Source: Somniosus microcephalus (taxonomy: Eukaryota). Taken from it: a stretch of DNA of 64,000 nt. The stretch covers positions 79,794,001-79,858,000 of the forward strand of contig CM126221.1 in the NCBI GenBank assembly GCA_052327205.1. The letters run 5' to 3'. Positions 19,380 to 33,700 of this stretch are shown here, piece after piece. The first letter of the stretch is position 1. The number at the start of each line of letters is the position of its first letter. The notes below the pieces were generated by a model. It did no database searches and was not told where the DNA came from. It saw only the letters and a list, made by a program, of their open reading frames with translations. The position numbers and the translations under genes are program-made.

Positions 19380-19930
19380 CGGGGTCTCTGAGCTTCTCCC
19401 GCCCAGCGCCATTGCCGCCTCCCTCCACCCTGTCCGCGCGGGCTGGCGGACGCTCTCCCATTGGCTGGCTTTCTCATCGCCACCTCCCATTGGCCGGCGT
19501 TTCCCATAGCCGCCTCCCATTGGTTGGCGGGCGGGCGCTCCGGCGTCGCTGCCTCCCATTGGCCGGCGTTTCCCACGGCCGCCTCCCATTGGCCGGCGGG
19601 CGGGCGCGTTGCCGCCCCGTGCGGGTGTGGGTGGGAAGCCCCGCGCGGCTCCATGAGGCGGCGGCCGCCATTTTACCCGCAGCTTCCCTCCGAGCCCGAG
19701 AGCGGGGCCGAGCACCGCCGCCGTACCGCGCCCTCCGCCCCGGACACACGGTAAGAACACCGGGCATTCGCCCGCTCCCCCGCCCCCAGCAGGGACCCCG
19801 CGGGAGGGGAGACCCCCCCCTCAAACCCCCCGCCGCGGGGGTGCAAGGCGGCGGCGGCCGGGCCCGGCTCGGTGCTAGGCCTCGGCGCGGCACTTTGTCC
19901 TTTTTCTGGGTTTGCCGAGCGCGCGGCTCC
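19380..19930 (+). promoter_or_regulatory. HNRNPR CpG-island promoter and non-coding exon 1
   Basis: Five inverted CCAAT boxes (ATTGG at 19460, 19489, 19519, 19558, 19588), YY1 motif GCCGCCATTTT at 19664-19674, splice donor cacg|gtaaga after 19750. Confidence 0.8.
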
Positions 19931-22084
19931 TGAAACCCGCGACTGCAAAGCAAATAAACCCCAATTGCAATATTTTATATCTGCATATGAAGGATTGCAG
20001 CAAATGCTCGCGCTGCGAAGTTTATAGTTTCCAGTGGCGATAGAATAAAATGCAATGTGAAGTGTGCCGAGAGGCCCGAGCCCGCCAGCAGCAGCCTCGG
20101 GGAGCCCGGCCTCCTCCACTTGCTCTGCTTTATAACTCTCGGTTATTTATTTTACAATCTCAGAAATCTAGAGCTTAATTGTTTCTGCGAGTCTGTCTTT
20201 TCTTTTATGATTTAAATTTGTGGCGCCCTCGAGGCAACCGAGTTATTTACCTTCAGCGTTTTATGAGTTTATTTATTTTCTCTACCAGGCGAGTTGTGGG
20301 TCGGAAAAACGGCGCGAGTTTTTCTTTGCCCGAGTTGTGAGTCCCTGTCCCTGTTATTTTTAGTCTTGTCCCGGCAGTAGATCCTGTAATGCACCCGGAG
20401 CCCAGCCCAGCTGATTCTTTTCATTGATATTTTCTCCCAAATGCCCGGGAAAAGGTGTATTATTTTTCTTCCATCGATGGGCAATAGTTGGGAAGCAGGA
20501 TTCTTTTGAGTCTTTTGAAATCCAGGGGTTCGGCCGAAGATTGACCGTCTATCTGCACTTTATAAATGTTATTTATTATTACAATAATAGTGGGTTTTTT
20601 TGGTTGCATGATCGACTGTTGCAACATGTGGCTTGTCCTCATGGTTGTGCAGAGTTGACGCATGGGCAAACTGGACATCTTAGTACACGTGGATTAAATA
20701 GCAGATAGTTTTGCTCAGTGATCAGAGTGAGTGGCTTTTTGGTTATTGAATCGGTGAGAGAATATTTGTAGCTTACGAGGGAACTTTATATCCACATGCT
20801 TTTGGAGTTTCATGAAACTTGTGGGTTCATGTTTACCGTGCAGATTATGAATTCACGACTGTGTCTTAATGTCCCCAACACCGTTTTATTTGGGGGGGAA
20901 ATGTATTTCTTGTTAGTCTATCTCGGATATATACTTTAACCAATAAAGGAGTTTTGCGACTGGTGATATGGCATAACTTAGAAAATGGATCTTGAGCTTT
21001 TTCATAGTTTAGATTTTTAATTTGTGCTTTAATTCTTTTTTGATGGGCTATGTACTTTTTGTATTTGTTAGCTTAGGCACTGGATAAATCTTTCGCATGT
21101 ATTTGTTGTTTTTCTGACACTACCTTCGTGTATGATGTTTTAAGTTTGAAACTTCAATTCAGTTCATATTGTCTGCTCAGTATTTTCCTGAAATGGTGCC
21201 ACTTGAAACTGGCAGTAATTATTCTTAAATTACTACATAATTGGAGGTGAAAGTTTTGCAATTTCACCTGCATCACTAATGTTTTAGTGCTCCAGGCTGG
21301 TTTAGAGTTTGACATAATTTAATTTCGGGACTGAGGTTTCAATCTGAAATACCAAACCATGTGATAATTACTGAGGTTTCATTGAGTGCATGTTTTTGAA
21401 CTGGATTGTGTAAATTCCAAGTTACTTGTGATGGTACCGTTTGCTTTTATGAAGTTTCAGAAAATTGTGCACTTGATACCACAGCTTGAGTAGATGTATA
21501 CACAGTTGAACATTCAAATTGGCACCATTTGAAATGCTTTTTTAAAAAAACCCATCTTCCCAAACAGTAGCGATCAATGTGTAAATTTTTTAGTAAGAAT
21601 ATTCACTGGAAATCACTTCATATTGTTTCCACTTCATGTCCACGTGTCAAAAGTAACTAACTGGTTATGATGCGCTTTCAGACATCTTGATGTTGTAAAT
21701 GCAAGTTCTCTTTTTTCCAATTGTATCAGTAATTTACAATTGCTTGTTAAAGATGGTCACTAGGTTGTGACTCCAAATTTACCCCATGTTGTATATTTAT
21801 ATAATCGGGTCGGAGGAGGTGATTTAATTCATAAAAGGATTTCTCAAACCACACTAAGTATTTGTGTATATATAGTTATTAATTATAGTGTGTGAAGTGC
21901 TCAGTATGTAAAAAAAAAAGTTTATTATGCAAATAAAATTATACGCTAGTAGTTATTTGGTTTATGCAACAATATACCACATTTTCCCCTCGGGTAATTA
22001 GCATTGTATAGTCGGCAAATGACAATCACAATTTACTTGTAAAGTTCGCATTGTTTGTTGGAAAGTTATATTTTTTCTCGATTC

Positions 22085-23830
22085 ATTCATGGTACAGCAC
22101 AGGAGGCGGCCAATCGGCACATCGTGTACGTGGCGGCTCTTTGAAAGAACTGTATTTCCCCCCCCCTTCTCATATCTGCGTCCCTTGGTTATTGACCCAC
22201 CCACCTGGAAACATTAATCCTTATTTACTCTATTAAACTCCCTCATAATTTTGAACACCTCTTATTAAATTTCCCCTTAACCTTATTTGGTCTAAGGAGA
22301 CAATCCCAACTTCTCTAGTCACTCGCCACATAACTGAAGTCCCTCATCCCTGATATTCTTGTAAATCTCGACATCCTCTCCAAGGCCTTGACATCCTTCC
22401 TAAAATGTGGCACCCAGCATTAGACACAATACTCTAGCTGAGGGCTCAGCAGTGATTTCTAAATGTTTAGTATAACTTCCTTGCGTTATACTCTGCCTCT
22501 GTTTATCAAACCAACGATTCTGATGCTTTAACAGTTTTATCAACTTGTCCTGCCACCGTCAAGGATTTTATGTCAGCCCCCAGGTTTCTCTGTTCCTGCA
22601 GCCCCTTTAATATCGTACCACTTAGTTTATATTGTGTCTTATTCTTCCTCCCAAAATGCAGCACTTCACACCTGCATTAAATTTTGTCTGCCCATTTCAC
22701 CAGCCTGTGTCCTCCTGAAGTTGGCTACTATCCTCCTTGCTGTTCATTATATTTCCAGGTTTTGTGTCATCTGCAAACTTAGAAATTGTGTCCCCTATGT
22801 CCAGGTCATTAATATATATCCAAAGGAGCAGTGGTTTTAATACTGACCACTATACTTCCCTCCAGTCTGAAAGGAAAAACTATTTACCATTACTTTTTGC
22901 TTTCTGTCTCTTAGCCAAATTCATATCCATGCTGCCACTGACCCTTTTATCCCATGGGCTTCAATTTTGCTAACACGTTTATTATGTAGCATTAAATCTA
23001 ATGCCTTTTGGAAGTCCATAAATACAATATCAACTGCACTACCTTAATCAATCCTCTCCTATATGTGTCGAAGAACTAAATCAGGTTTGCCAGACATGGC
23101 TGCCTTTAACAAATTTGTGTTGGCTGTCATTTGTTAATCCATCTTTTTCCAAATGAAAATTAATTTTGTACAAATGGTCTCTGGAAGTTTCCCCATGACT
23201 GATGTTCGGTTGACTGGCCTATAGTTACTGGGTTTATTCTCCTTTTTTGTACATGAGTGTAACATTTACAACCCTCCAGTCGTTTGGCATCACTTCCATA
23301 TCCAAGAATGATTGAGAGATTGTGGCCAGAACCTCTGCTATTTCCACCTGTACTTTTTTCAACAAGTTGGGATTCATTCCACCTGGCCCAGGTGACATTT
23401 TTACTTTGCACGCTGCCAACATTTAAGTACCTATTTATTTTTATCCTATTGTGCTTCTGTATCCCTTCTTCCTTTACTGTGAAATAACAACAAAACGCTG
23501 GAAAAACTCAGCAGGTCAGGCAGCATCCGTGGAGAGAGAAACAAGAGTTAATGTTTCAGGTTGAAGACCTTTCATCAGTTCTGATGAAGGGTTTCGACCT
23601 GAAATGTTAACTGTTTCTCTCTCCACGGATGCTGCCTGGCCTACTGAGTTTTTCTAGCGTTTTCTGTTGTTTCAGATTTCCAGCATCCACAGTATTTTGC
23701 TATTCCTTTACTGTGACATTGGCATCATCTTTTGAAGAGGAATTTGTCTTTTTAAAAAAAAAAACAGTTGCCAAGTACTCATTCAGTACCAGCCGTGGCC
23801 TCTGACTATACAAGATGATTTCCTGTTTGG
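22085..23830 (-). mobile_element. Old degenerate CR1 in HNRNPR intron 1
   Basis: tgtgtcatctgcaaact (FADDTK on minus), gccttttggaagtccat (MDFQKA), DWRVVNVT. Confidence 0.75.
23483..23702. mobile_element. Palindromic Penelope-type terminal-repeat element with hammerhead cores; 14-bp TSD
   Basis: Long inverted repeat centred on cctttcatcagttctgatgaaggg; flanking direct repeat ttcctttactgtga at 23469-23482 and 23703-23716. Confidence 0.75.
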
Positions 23831-24750
23831 TCCCACTGTTCCTTTGACTATCCTTGTCGACTGGTTTTGTCTTGGGTTATATTATTCTCTGGTACATGTA
23901 CCATTCAAAAATCAAAGTTGCACAAATACAGTTTGCATGAGATTTTTGGTTAGCTGCAAGGAATGCAGTTTTTTAAGGTTTGGATATTAATTTTTCCATT
24001 CAGGAAAAAGCTCTTTACATTGATTGAAAAATATGCTTGTCTTTTGATTTGGAATTCTATTTTCTGAGGTGATAGAATGAAGGTTCTGCTGTCCAGGAAC
24101 TGAATTTTTTTTACATTGCTGGTGCATTTGCTTTTGTTGTGAGCTTTTGTTCAATAGTTTGTGCTCCTCAATCTGAGTGATCACAGTAGAGGCTGATCAA
24201 GTTCGTTTAACTTATTACTAAAGGGTAAAATAACTGCTCTGGATAAATCTTTTCCGAGATAATTCCGCACTGGAAGATTTTCTTCTGTACCAAGTACCAG
24301 CATCAAGCACCATCAGGTTAGGCAGAGTTCCAGTTGGGTATGTAGCATCGAGCCCACTTTCCGCAGATTTGATAAGGTGCCTGAATTCCAAACTCCGAGC
24401 ACCCCTACTGAACCAGCGTGACATTTCCATTTCCTGCACTAGCCATCTCTGTTTCTGAGTGGTGAATAGTGGGCAGTTTTTGTGTTGTGGACTTCAGTCC
24501 ACTGGGAAATGCCCAAACTCATTTCACTTAGGAGCCTTAAATGCTTTAGGATAGAAGAAACTTTCATCTGGTTTGTCTGGGCTAGATCTAACCTCTGGTC
24601 TCAGAGGTGAAGGAACAGTGTTCTAGCCCACTATACCAAGTCCCTGTGTTTACAGAGTATTTTGAAACAAAGCCTTGTGACAATTTGATATGCAGAGGGA
24701 AAAAATTGTCTTAAATAGTATTATTTTTTTCATTCCAGCTGTAATTAGAA

Positions 24751-27700
24751 ATGGCTACTGAGGTGAATGGAAATGCAGCGCAGGTGAAGGAGGAGGAAGA
24801 ACCCATGGATACCTCATCTGCTGTCACCCATTCAGAACACTACCAGGTGCTAATAGATGCTGGCTTGCCACAGAAAGTAGCAGAAAGGCTAGATGATATC
24901 TTTCAAACAGGTATAATATGCCCCGACCTGTGGTTTTAGTAGTCCAAACTATTGCTTTAACCTGAAAATGATATGTAACTGGCAAACTCCTGACTTGCTC
25001 CCGACAGTTTGAGAGGGATGGATTTGATACTTGATGTGAATTCAAAAAGAGATTGCTGTGTATTATTTCTGCCAGCATTTGTAGTGGTATTGGTAGTGCA
25101 TTATTTTGTGTCATTCATTTGTGTAGGGCTCAAAATTAAATCAACAGAACCACTAGAGAGCAGAAGCAATAGCTGACAGTAGTCACTGTCCACTGAATTA
25201 AATGCTTAAAACAAACTTGCTGTTTCTCCACAGGTATTTGTTGAAAGTTGTGCGCGCACAAAAACCAATGAAATGTTTTGTAAGCAGTTATTGAGAATTA
25301 ATTTCAATATATGCACATGTGCTTCTAGGTTAATTGCTAAATGCACTGACCTTAGTTTAGTACATTTCCTAATTTTGAGCCCTACTGTAACTGCTAATGT
25401 CTATTATACTGCACATATAACCATAAAATGGAGTTATGCAACATGTTTCTAGCGCCTGCTGAAGATGCGCAGTGGTTTTGATCTTCGGTGGTGCAGTATT
25501 TGTTTAAATTAATATTTGTGGCATTGCATCAAATATCCAGAGGGCTTTTGCTGTATGTCGTACTCTAATTGCATCACATTTTCCCCATGGAGATGGAGCT
25601 AAGTCAGTTGAATCGCATCTTTATTATTAATTAATTTGATATTAAGTGCACAATGATATGTGTTTAAAAAAATACCTTCAGAAGGTGTTGGCTCTGGAAT
25701 ATTGTTTACAGGTAAGGAGAATAGAATAATTCAGAAATGTAAATGTAAAATTGTACGCCGAGAGTGTGCTTTAATGGCTTTGTGAGTGGCTTTCACCTCT
25801 GCAACATTCTGTCTTCCACTTTGAAATCCTATTGCTAAGAATTAAAGTTGCCCTGGTCAGTTACTGCTGCAGGAACTCTATATATTAACTTGTTATGCAG
25901 TTGCGGTTTCCAGCTCTCCATTTTAGTACTCAATGCTTACAATCAAAGTTGGTGGCAATGATAGAAATTTGAAGTACAACTAAGACCTAAAAGTATGTTC
26001 AAATAATATCGTCTTGGAACATTTGGTACAGTGGTCTTGTGGACTGAATTGAGTGTACGATGGATTCCACTCCTGGGTGAGACAGAATATATAGTTGAGT
26101 TAAACTAATCAGTTCACAAGTGGTACACATGCTATATGAAAAATAGTTTGTGTACATGGATGCAGTGTGCATTGTACCTCATTAATTGAACTTGTATCTG
26201 GTTTTATTGCATGTGTGCTGCCGGTTATTTCTGTATTTTTCGTAGTATGTCAAAATATGCAAATACCTAAAGTAAGCATTACTTGAGCACAGTAATCAGT
26301 TTCTGGAAACTTAGTCAGAAGCTGAGAAAGATGTGGGCAGTAAGTTAAAACACCCCAAAGAATGGCCACACTGCTATTGAAGACACGGAGAAGGCAGAAA
26401 CCCAATTCATGTCATTGTGTGAGATTTTTCTTCGCTGGTTCCTCGTGTTAATTTGAAAGCAGTTGTATAAATTTTGGAAGTAGGTCATGAAATTGGTATT
26501 TTCATGCATGAATTTATGTGTTCAAAGTGCAGTATTTAACTTGACCGTATTATCTAACAGTTCCGCTTTGAATTTTGTCTGCAGGGTTAGTATCTTATGC
26601 TGATCTTGATGAGAGAGCCATTGATGCCCTCCGAGAGTTCAATGAAGAAGGAGCACTGTCCGTATTGCAGCAGTTTAAGGAAAGTGACCTATCACACGTG
26701 CAGGTAATATATAATGCAAAGTTTGCACCGCTGGCGTGTTGTAGTGGTCAGGGAATAATTAACTTTTTGATATTTGAGAAATTAAACTGAATTGATTTTG
26801 GATTTGATGCAACATTTAAGTAAAATGTCAAAGGGAAACTCAAATCAAAAAATGTTAAACAGTGACTGTAGAGGAGAAAGGAAGGGAATCTAGACAAGGG
26901 GAGCAGTTTATAACATTTCATGTCATAAAACAAAATCCTCTGTATTTGACATTTAATTTCAAATAATTATTTCATCCAGTGTTGCTTTTTCATATTGGTA
27001 TCGATCTTTCCTTTCAGAATAAAAGTGCCTTTCTGTGTGGAGTAATGAAGACCTACAGACAGCGAGAGAAGCAAGGTAGCAAAGTACAGGATGCTACGAA
27101 GGGTCCCGATGAGTCAAAAATTAAGGTAAAGATGTTTTGGAAAATAAAGTGGGTCAAATTCAGTGGAAACGAGCGTAATATGCCAGGTGGGTTTGTGTTT
27201 GATTCTGATAGGTACGGCAGCAGAAAGGCAGATGAACAATGGTAGAAATGAATTCCCAACAAAGGCTACAAAAAAATCTATCTTTAGATGAATGAATTGC
27301 ATACAGCAGTACTTGTAGTTCTGGATTCCATGTATTGAACATAGAAGTGGTGATCTCGGCTAGGCAGCTGCAACAGGGGCTTATTAGATTTCCCGATTTT
27401 GCTATTTTGCTGCAGCTTGTTAAGAACGTGGAGGAGACTTTAGTAGCTCTTGTGTCTGTATGTGAAGTGACTTTCACCTCACCATAGAAGATTTTGCCTG
27501 CAGTCCTGAAATCCCTGTTAAATAAAACATTACATTTTTCGCATATATGGGCAATTCTTCTAAATGTGTTGAGTATATGATCCAAGAATTGTGTACATAT
27601 AACAGTAAACTCTTCCCCAGGTGCTTAGCTTTTCACAATGGACACCAGTTACTCATGTCAAGTAAATGCTTTATAAAATGTCACAATCAACTTGTTTGTT

Positions 27701-30700
27701 CAAAAGCAACTTGCATTTGTAGAACGGCTTTCATGTAGCAAAAATGCGCAGGGTGATTCACAGGTGGGAGAGGGGTCAGATCAGACTAAGAGTTGGGGAG
27801 GGAGTCAAAGAAAGTGGTGGCATTGAGATTTTGACGGCTTGTAGAGTAAAAAGCAAGGCGGGAGAGGTGAAGGTGTGAGGAAAAGTGAGGCGGGGAGGTT
27901 TAGCAAGAGAATTTGAGTGGAGGAGGCAAGGTGACTGAAAGCTCTGGGACCTTAAATATGAGAAATACAGATGAAAGGTCAATGCCCATCGTATAGGGTA
28001 CCCCATAGTTGCTATAGTGTCCTTGAAAAGTTGATATTTAAAGTACTCTTTGGAGTATGGTAAACCTTTCTGGTTTCAGGGAGACATCTGAGATATAGCA
28101 GTGTTGAAATTTTGAACTAAACCAAACACATCACTATCATATGAATATCTTTTAGGAGAAAGAAAGTCCGTTAGTTTGCTTGTAACTATGTGGACTCCTA
28201 ATTGCATGTGTTTGCAATTTTACCTGTCTTGTATTTCTTCTAGGAAAAGAAAATCTTAAGATACTAATCACATTCTTTATTTAATGTGTACTGGTATAGA
28301 ATTCACATTGAATTGTTAATGCATTATGTAGGCACTGCTAGAACGGACAGGCTACACTTTGGATGTAACTACAGGGCAAAGGAAGTATGGCGGTCCTCCT
28401 CCTGATGGTGTGCATTCAGGGCCACAGCCTGGAATCGGAACAGAGGTCAGTCATTTACTACAAGGAGTTACCAGTCCTATAAACGATTGAACTGGTTCAA
28501 TGATGCGCAGGATGTGTCTCAACTTCGAACATGCTCACACGAGAGCTTCCAATCACTACTTGATCTGCTGAAGGAAAGTGGGTGTTGCTGGTTTCAATTA
28601 AGTTTAACAAGAGGATAGGTATACAAAGAATTCAGAGTGTGAAAGTGTTAGAATCAATGCATCTGACAGTAACTTCATTGTCCCCAAATTCGTGGACTTA
28701 CTTTGGCACAACTTTTAAGCAAGCCGTTTACTTTTCTTCCAAAAATGTTTGTATTATGTTAAAATAAATTCAGATCATAAAACAACTTGTGCTTAAAAAA
28801 TTAAATCTGGATAATTTGAGTAAAAAGGACAATTGAATTAACCGAAGTAAACTTTGTGCTGAATGAGCAGTTTGTGTTTTGGGGTGTTGATGAGGAAAGT
28901 CTATTGGTCAAGACACTGGCAGATGGGGCCTCAGTTTAACATCTCGTGCTAAAGATTACACCTCCTGATTGGAGCACTCATTCAGTGTCAGCTTCGAGTA
29001 TTTGCTCAAATCCTGGAGTGAGGCTTGAGTCCACAAACTTGTGACTGACGAGAGTGCGGTCAACTGATCCACACATGTTGTGAGGACAGGATTAGACTCG
29101 GCACGTGGTCAGATAGCCTGATAATGCTTCGTCTGTGTGCACATGAAGAATGAGTACTTCAGGGGGCTGCATTCACCCATGGTACTGCACATCAGCATAA
29201 GTTGACCTTTAGAGAAGGCAGAAAACGGAATTGGAAATCTTCACCTTTTTCTGAAAACATGACCTTATATGTACAATAATAAAGCCAATTTCCCATAGCC
29301 CAAATTATCTGAATATATCCAAACACCTTCTGCCTGCATCCCAATCCACGTTGACATATATAACGGACTTTGTCATCTAAGTGACCCCTGCATAGCTCAA
29401 AGCCCAAATTCCTGACAGCAGATGGAGGATGTTGAGGTAAGAGAGAAAAGGAATGCGGGAGAGTTGACTACTTGTACATGCTCGCATATTCGTTCTGACT
29501 GCTTACTTCATATCCTGGTAATACTCAATGTAATTGTTCCTGGCTGCTCATTAAGGTGCTCTCAGTGCCTTGAATGTGGAATCCGAGTGTGTTGAATGCA
29601 AAGCAATTGTTTCCTTGTTGGCTGTCTTCTACATAGGATTAGCCCACACCTGTAGGTGACTCACTGACCTCTTGTATTTGCACCAAAACACCCCGAATCA
29701 TAGAATGGCTACAGCACGGAAGAAGGCCATTTGGCATGTCGAGCCCATGCCGCACTTTACTCTTTACTATACAGCTATATTGGCTGAAAAACACTGAGGA
29801 TTTGCAGACTTGATTTACATTTACATAGAAATACATGGAATTTTACAGCCCAGAAACGGACCATTCAACCAAACTGGTCTGGGCCAGTGTTTATGCTTCA
29901 CACGAGCCTCCTCCCACCCAATTTCATCTAACCCTATCAGCATAATCTTCTATTCCTTTCTCATTCACGTACTGATCTAGCTTCTCCTCAAATGTATCTA
30001 TGGTATTGTTTCTAATCTTTATTTGAGAGTTCTACACTGTTAGAGCAAAAGATGATATAAAACCAGTGTTTAGTTATTTCTGAATGTAACTTGCAGCATG
30101 TTTATTTTGTCCCTTGAGCCAGAATACACTAGGTTGCGGTGTGGTAAAATGTTCTCGTTCCGTTTACAGTTTGATTGCTCCTGTACTTTAGGTATTTGTT
30201 GGGAAGATACCCAGGGATTTGTATGAAGATGAACTGGTTCCATTGTTTGAAAAAGCTGGTTCTATCTGGGATCTTCGACTAATGATGGACCCTCTGTCCG
30301 GTCAGAACCGTGGCTATGCTTTTGTGACTTTCTGCAACAAGGATGCAGCACAAGAGGCTGTCAAACAGGTGAGAATCATTTCTATTTAATGCTACCATAC
30401 CAAAACACATGCATAAAACAGATTTGAAATTTAGACTACTGCAGATTCTTTTGACTGTCGGTTTTTCAAGAAATCCTTTCTACCCAAAGTGGTGCAATAA
30501 AGCTGAGTTTCCATTGAAAAATCACAGTGCTTGATATATCTGGGTTGAAAAGGACCACTGTGCAAATGTTAACACAAGTTGAATCTCTACACCTTTTCTT
30601 TTTTAGTGCGATAACTATGAAATCCGTCCTGGTAAACACATTGGAGTTTGCATTTCTGTGGCCAACAATAGGCTGTTTGTTGGTTCTATTCCAAAGAACA

Positions 30701-33700
30701 AGACCAAGGAAAACATAATGGAAGAATTCAGCAAAGTCACAGGTTAGATGGCAAACTTGTACCTTTTTTTAAAATCTGCTTTATTTTTCCTGTGGATTTG
30801 CATCTTGGGGCTGGGTAGAACTTGTGTTCTTTCCTATGTGATCCACCACTTCCGTTTCTTCTTTTAAACTCAATAACTGCTGTGCACATTTGCTTCACAA
30901 AACAGTGACGTTTTGCAAACCAAGGAAGTACTACTCTTAATTTTGCTTTTTGGAGGTCCTGGTATATTGCAGCGGGTATATCTGGCACCCCCCCATTATT
31001 CACTCCAGTGCAGTACCGAGGAGTGCTGCACTGTCGGAATTGCCGTCTTTCGGATGAGACGTTAAACCGAGGCCACGTCTGCTCTTTCAGGTGGATGTAA
31101 GAGATCCTATAGCACTATTTCGAAGAAGAGCAGGGGACTTATCCCCGGTGTTTTGGGCCAATATTTATCCCTCAACCAACATCACTAAAAAAACAGATGA
31201 TCTGGTCATTATCTCATAATTCTTTGTGGGAGCTTGTGTGCAAATTGACTGCCACGTTTCCTACAATACAACAGTGACTACACTTCAAAAGTATTTAATT
31301 GGCTGTAAAGCGCTTTGGGCCTCCTGAGGTCACGAAAGTTGCTATATAAATTCAAGTTTTTTCTCTTAACAGATTTCAGTTCTTACTATATTCCTTAACC
31401 ATTGTGCCTCTACTTTAATTATTAGAGTACAATCACTACTGTCGTAAATATCCCTGTTCACGAGGAATTTAGAGTGGATGTGCGCTCTAAATGTTTGGGC
31501 AGTTAAATTTTGGATGGAATTAAAAAATAAAAAAAATGATTTTTTTTGTCCCCATCAAGTCGAGGGATTTTTGTAGTGGGTAATGGAAGATTTAGCATCT
31601 TGGGCACCTGGTGTCAACATGAAGCACGGCTAGCTTGTCAAGTATAGCTGCTGCTTCTCTCCCAGAAATCTCAGGCAAGTACGCTGTGCTGAAACAGTGA
31701 AGTTAAAATTTTTCCATATCAGCCATCCTGTTATTAGAACTTGATGCCAAATTCACTTTTGTGCTATGGATTGCAACTGGCCAGATCAATTTCACTCGGA
31801 GCCTTGTGGCTAGCAAAAAGACTTTTACATCACTGGAACTTGTATTTGTACTCGGGCTCCTGAGGTGAAAGCTCTATCTAATCCGCACTGCTCAATCCCC
31901 ACAAATAGAAAATAAGAACTGGTTTGGAGGCTGCTGGGTCTTGTTTCACTTTTGATCTTGAGGAAAGAAGATTCAAATGTCAACATTGTGCCAAGTGTAT
32001 AAGCACATGGGAAAATGTCAAACTGAAGATGTATACAGTTTAACAACTTGTCATCGATTTTAGGAAGACAGTAATTACATCACTTATAATTCTTATGGAT
32101 TATATGTACTTGTAATTTTCTAGTTGCAACTCTGACAAACTCTGCTTGTAATGTTTGAAATAATGAGTCATTTGGAATACTTTCTTCATTTCACATCATC
32201 CAGCCAGACCATCTCATAACTGACCTGGGAGAGCACGCTGATGTAGAGACCTCAATGCTGCTTTTCATGTTCTTGCAGTACTTGTTGAGATCAGGGCAGA
32301 ACAAAAGGACAAGATATATGTTTTCTACTCGGCTGCTTTTAGGACCCACAAAAAAAATTGTCTCGTGTATTTTAAGTACTGCTGAAAGACCAATGTCAGC
32401 GTTTTTTTTAATGCAGTCACAAATTCTGCCTTACTGGTTAGAGAATGGACACAAGGAATGATGAGATAAAATGGGGGACAGATAGTGAATGGTGGCTCCC
32501 AACTGGAATAATTTCTATAACATGTTCTGGCCCTGTGTAAATCTTTGCTGCCAGAATGTTTTGGGGTGCACAGCAAACTTTTGACCGTGTATTTAAATAC
32601 AATAATTGCCACTTGCATTTTTAATGTAAATAACATTTCTCTCAACTCCAAAATTGTGGTCGTGTTTTATAGTATGTGATGCAAATTAGTACCAAGCTCT
32701 ATATAGAGTGCTGGAGATTATTGCATATTTTGGAGTCAACAGTGACGAGATGAGAATTTAAAGATCAAAAAGTTTGAGGTACCACATTTCTGATTTTTTT
32801 TTTGCGTAGGAACAGTCTGTTGTCTGTCCAAGTAATTGGTATTGCTGGGCAGCTAATAAAGTATGAAGAAATGTATATAATATCCAAGATATGAGAGTTT
32901 CAGGGTTATTATTTATCTTTGTTTCATGTCACAGTATCATTTCAATCACAGCAGTGCTAAATGCCGTGTAATTTTGCTTGTCATTGTTTTATGGTGTTGT
33001 GCCCACTTGAACATCATGATGCATTGCAGACAAGGTGGAATTAACTGTTTGGATGACGGATTCTAACTTGTCCTGTTGGTTAGCACAGATTTGTTCTGTC
33101 AAATTCATTTTTCTTTTCTTCTGCAGAGGGTCTCACTGATGTTATCCTCTATCATCAGCCTGATGATAAGAAGAAAAACAGGGGCTTCTGTTTTCTAGAA
33201 TTTGAGGATCACAAATCTGCTGCTCAGGCCAGACGAAGATTAATGAGTGGCAAAGTCAAAGTCTGGGGAAATGTCGTCACTGTGGAATGGGCAGACCCGG
33301 TAGAGGAACCAGATCCGGAGGTGATGGCAAAGGTAATGTATCCTGTATCAAAAGGAGAATTTTTTTTTTAGCAACATAATCATGCTCATATATAAATGGC
33401 AAAGATGTTCTACAAGATGCCAAATGGCCCAGGATTTGGTTTTGTTGTAGACAAAACCTGGAGCTAACATATATTGTGTTTACGTACTACATAAAATGAC
33501 AACGGAGATGGCTTGGTTTGGCATGGTTCAGCTTGGCCCTGTGCACTGTTTAATTTGTATAAAGTCTTTGAAACCAAGGAAGGTTATGAGTGATTTCAAG
33601 TCCATAACCATTCAGCATTGTAACAGTTGTACTAGCATCTATTAAAAAGCTGCTTGAGTGCACAGTTTAGCAATGGAAATCTTTTTAAACAATTCCGATT

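Noticed and set aside
19302-20119. Multiple overlapping 100-170 aa ORFs
   Set aside because: Low-complexity translations of the HNRNPR CpG island and its CCAAT repeats
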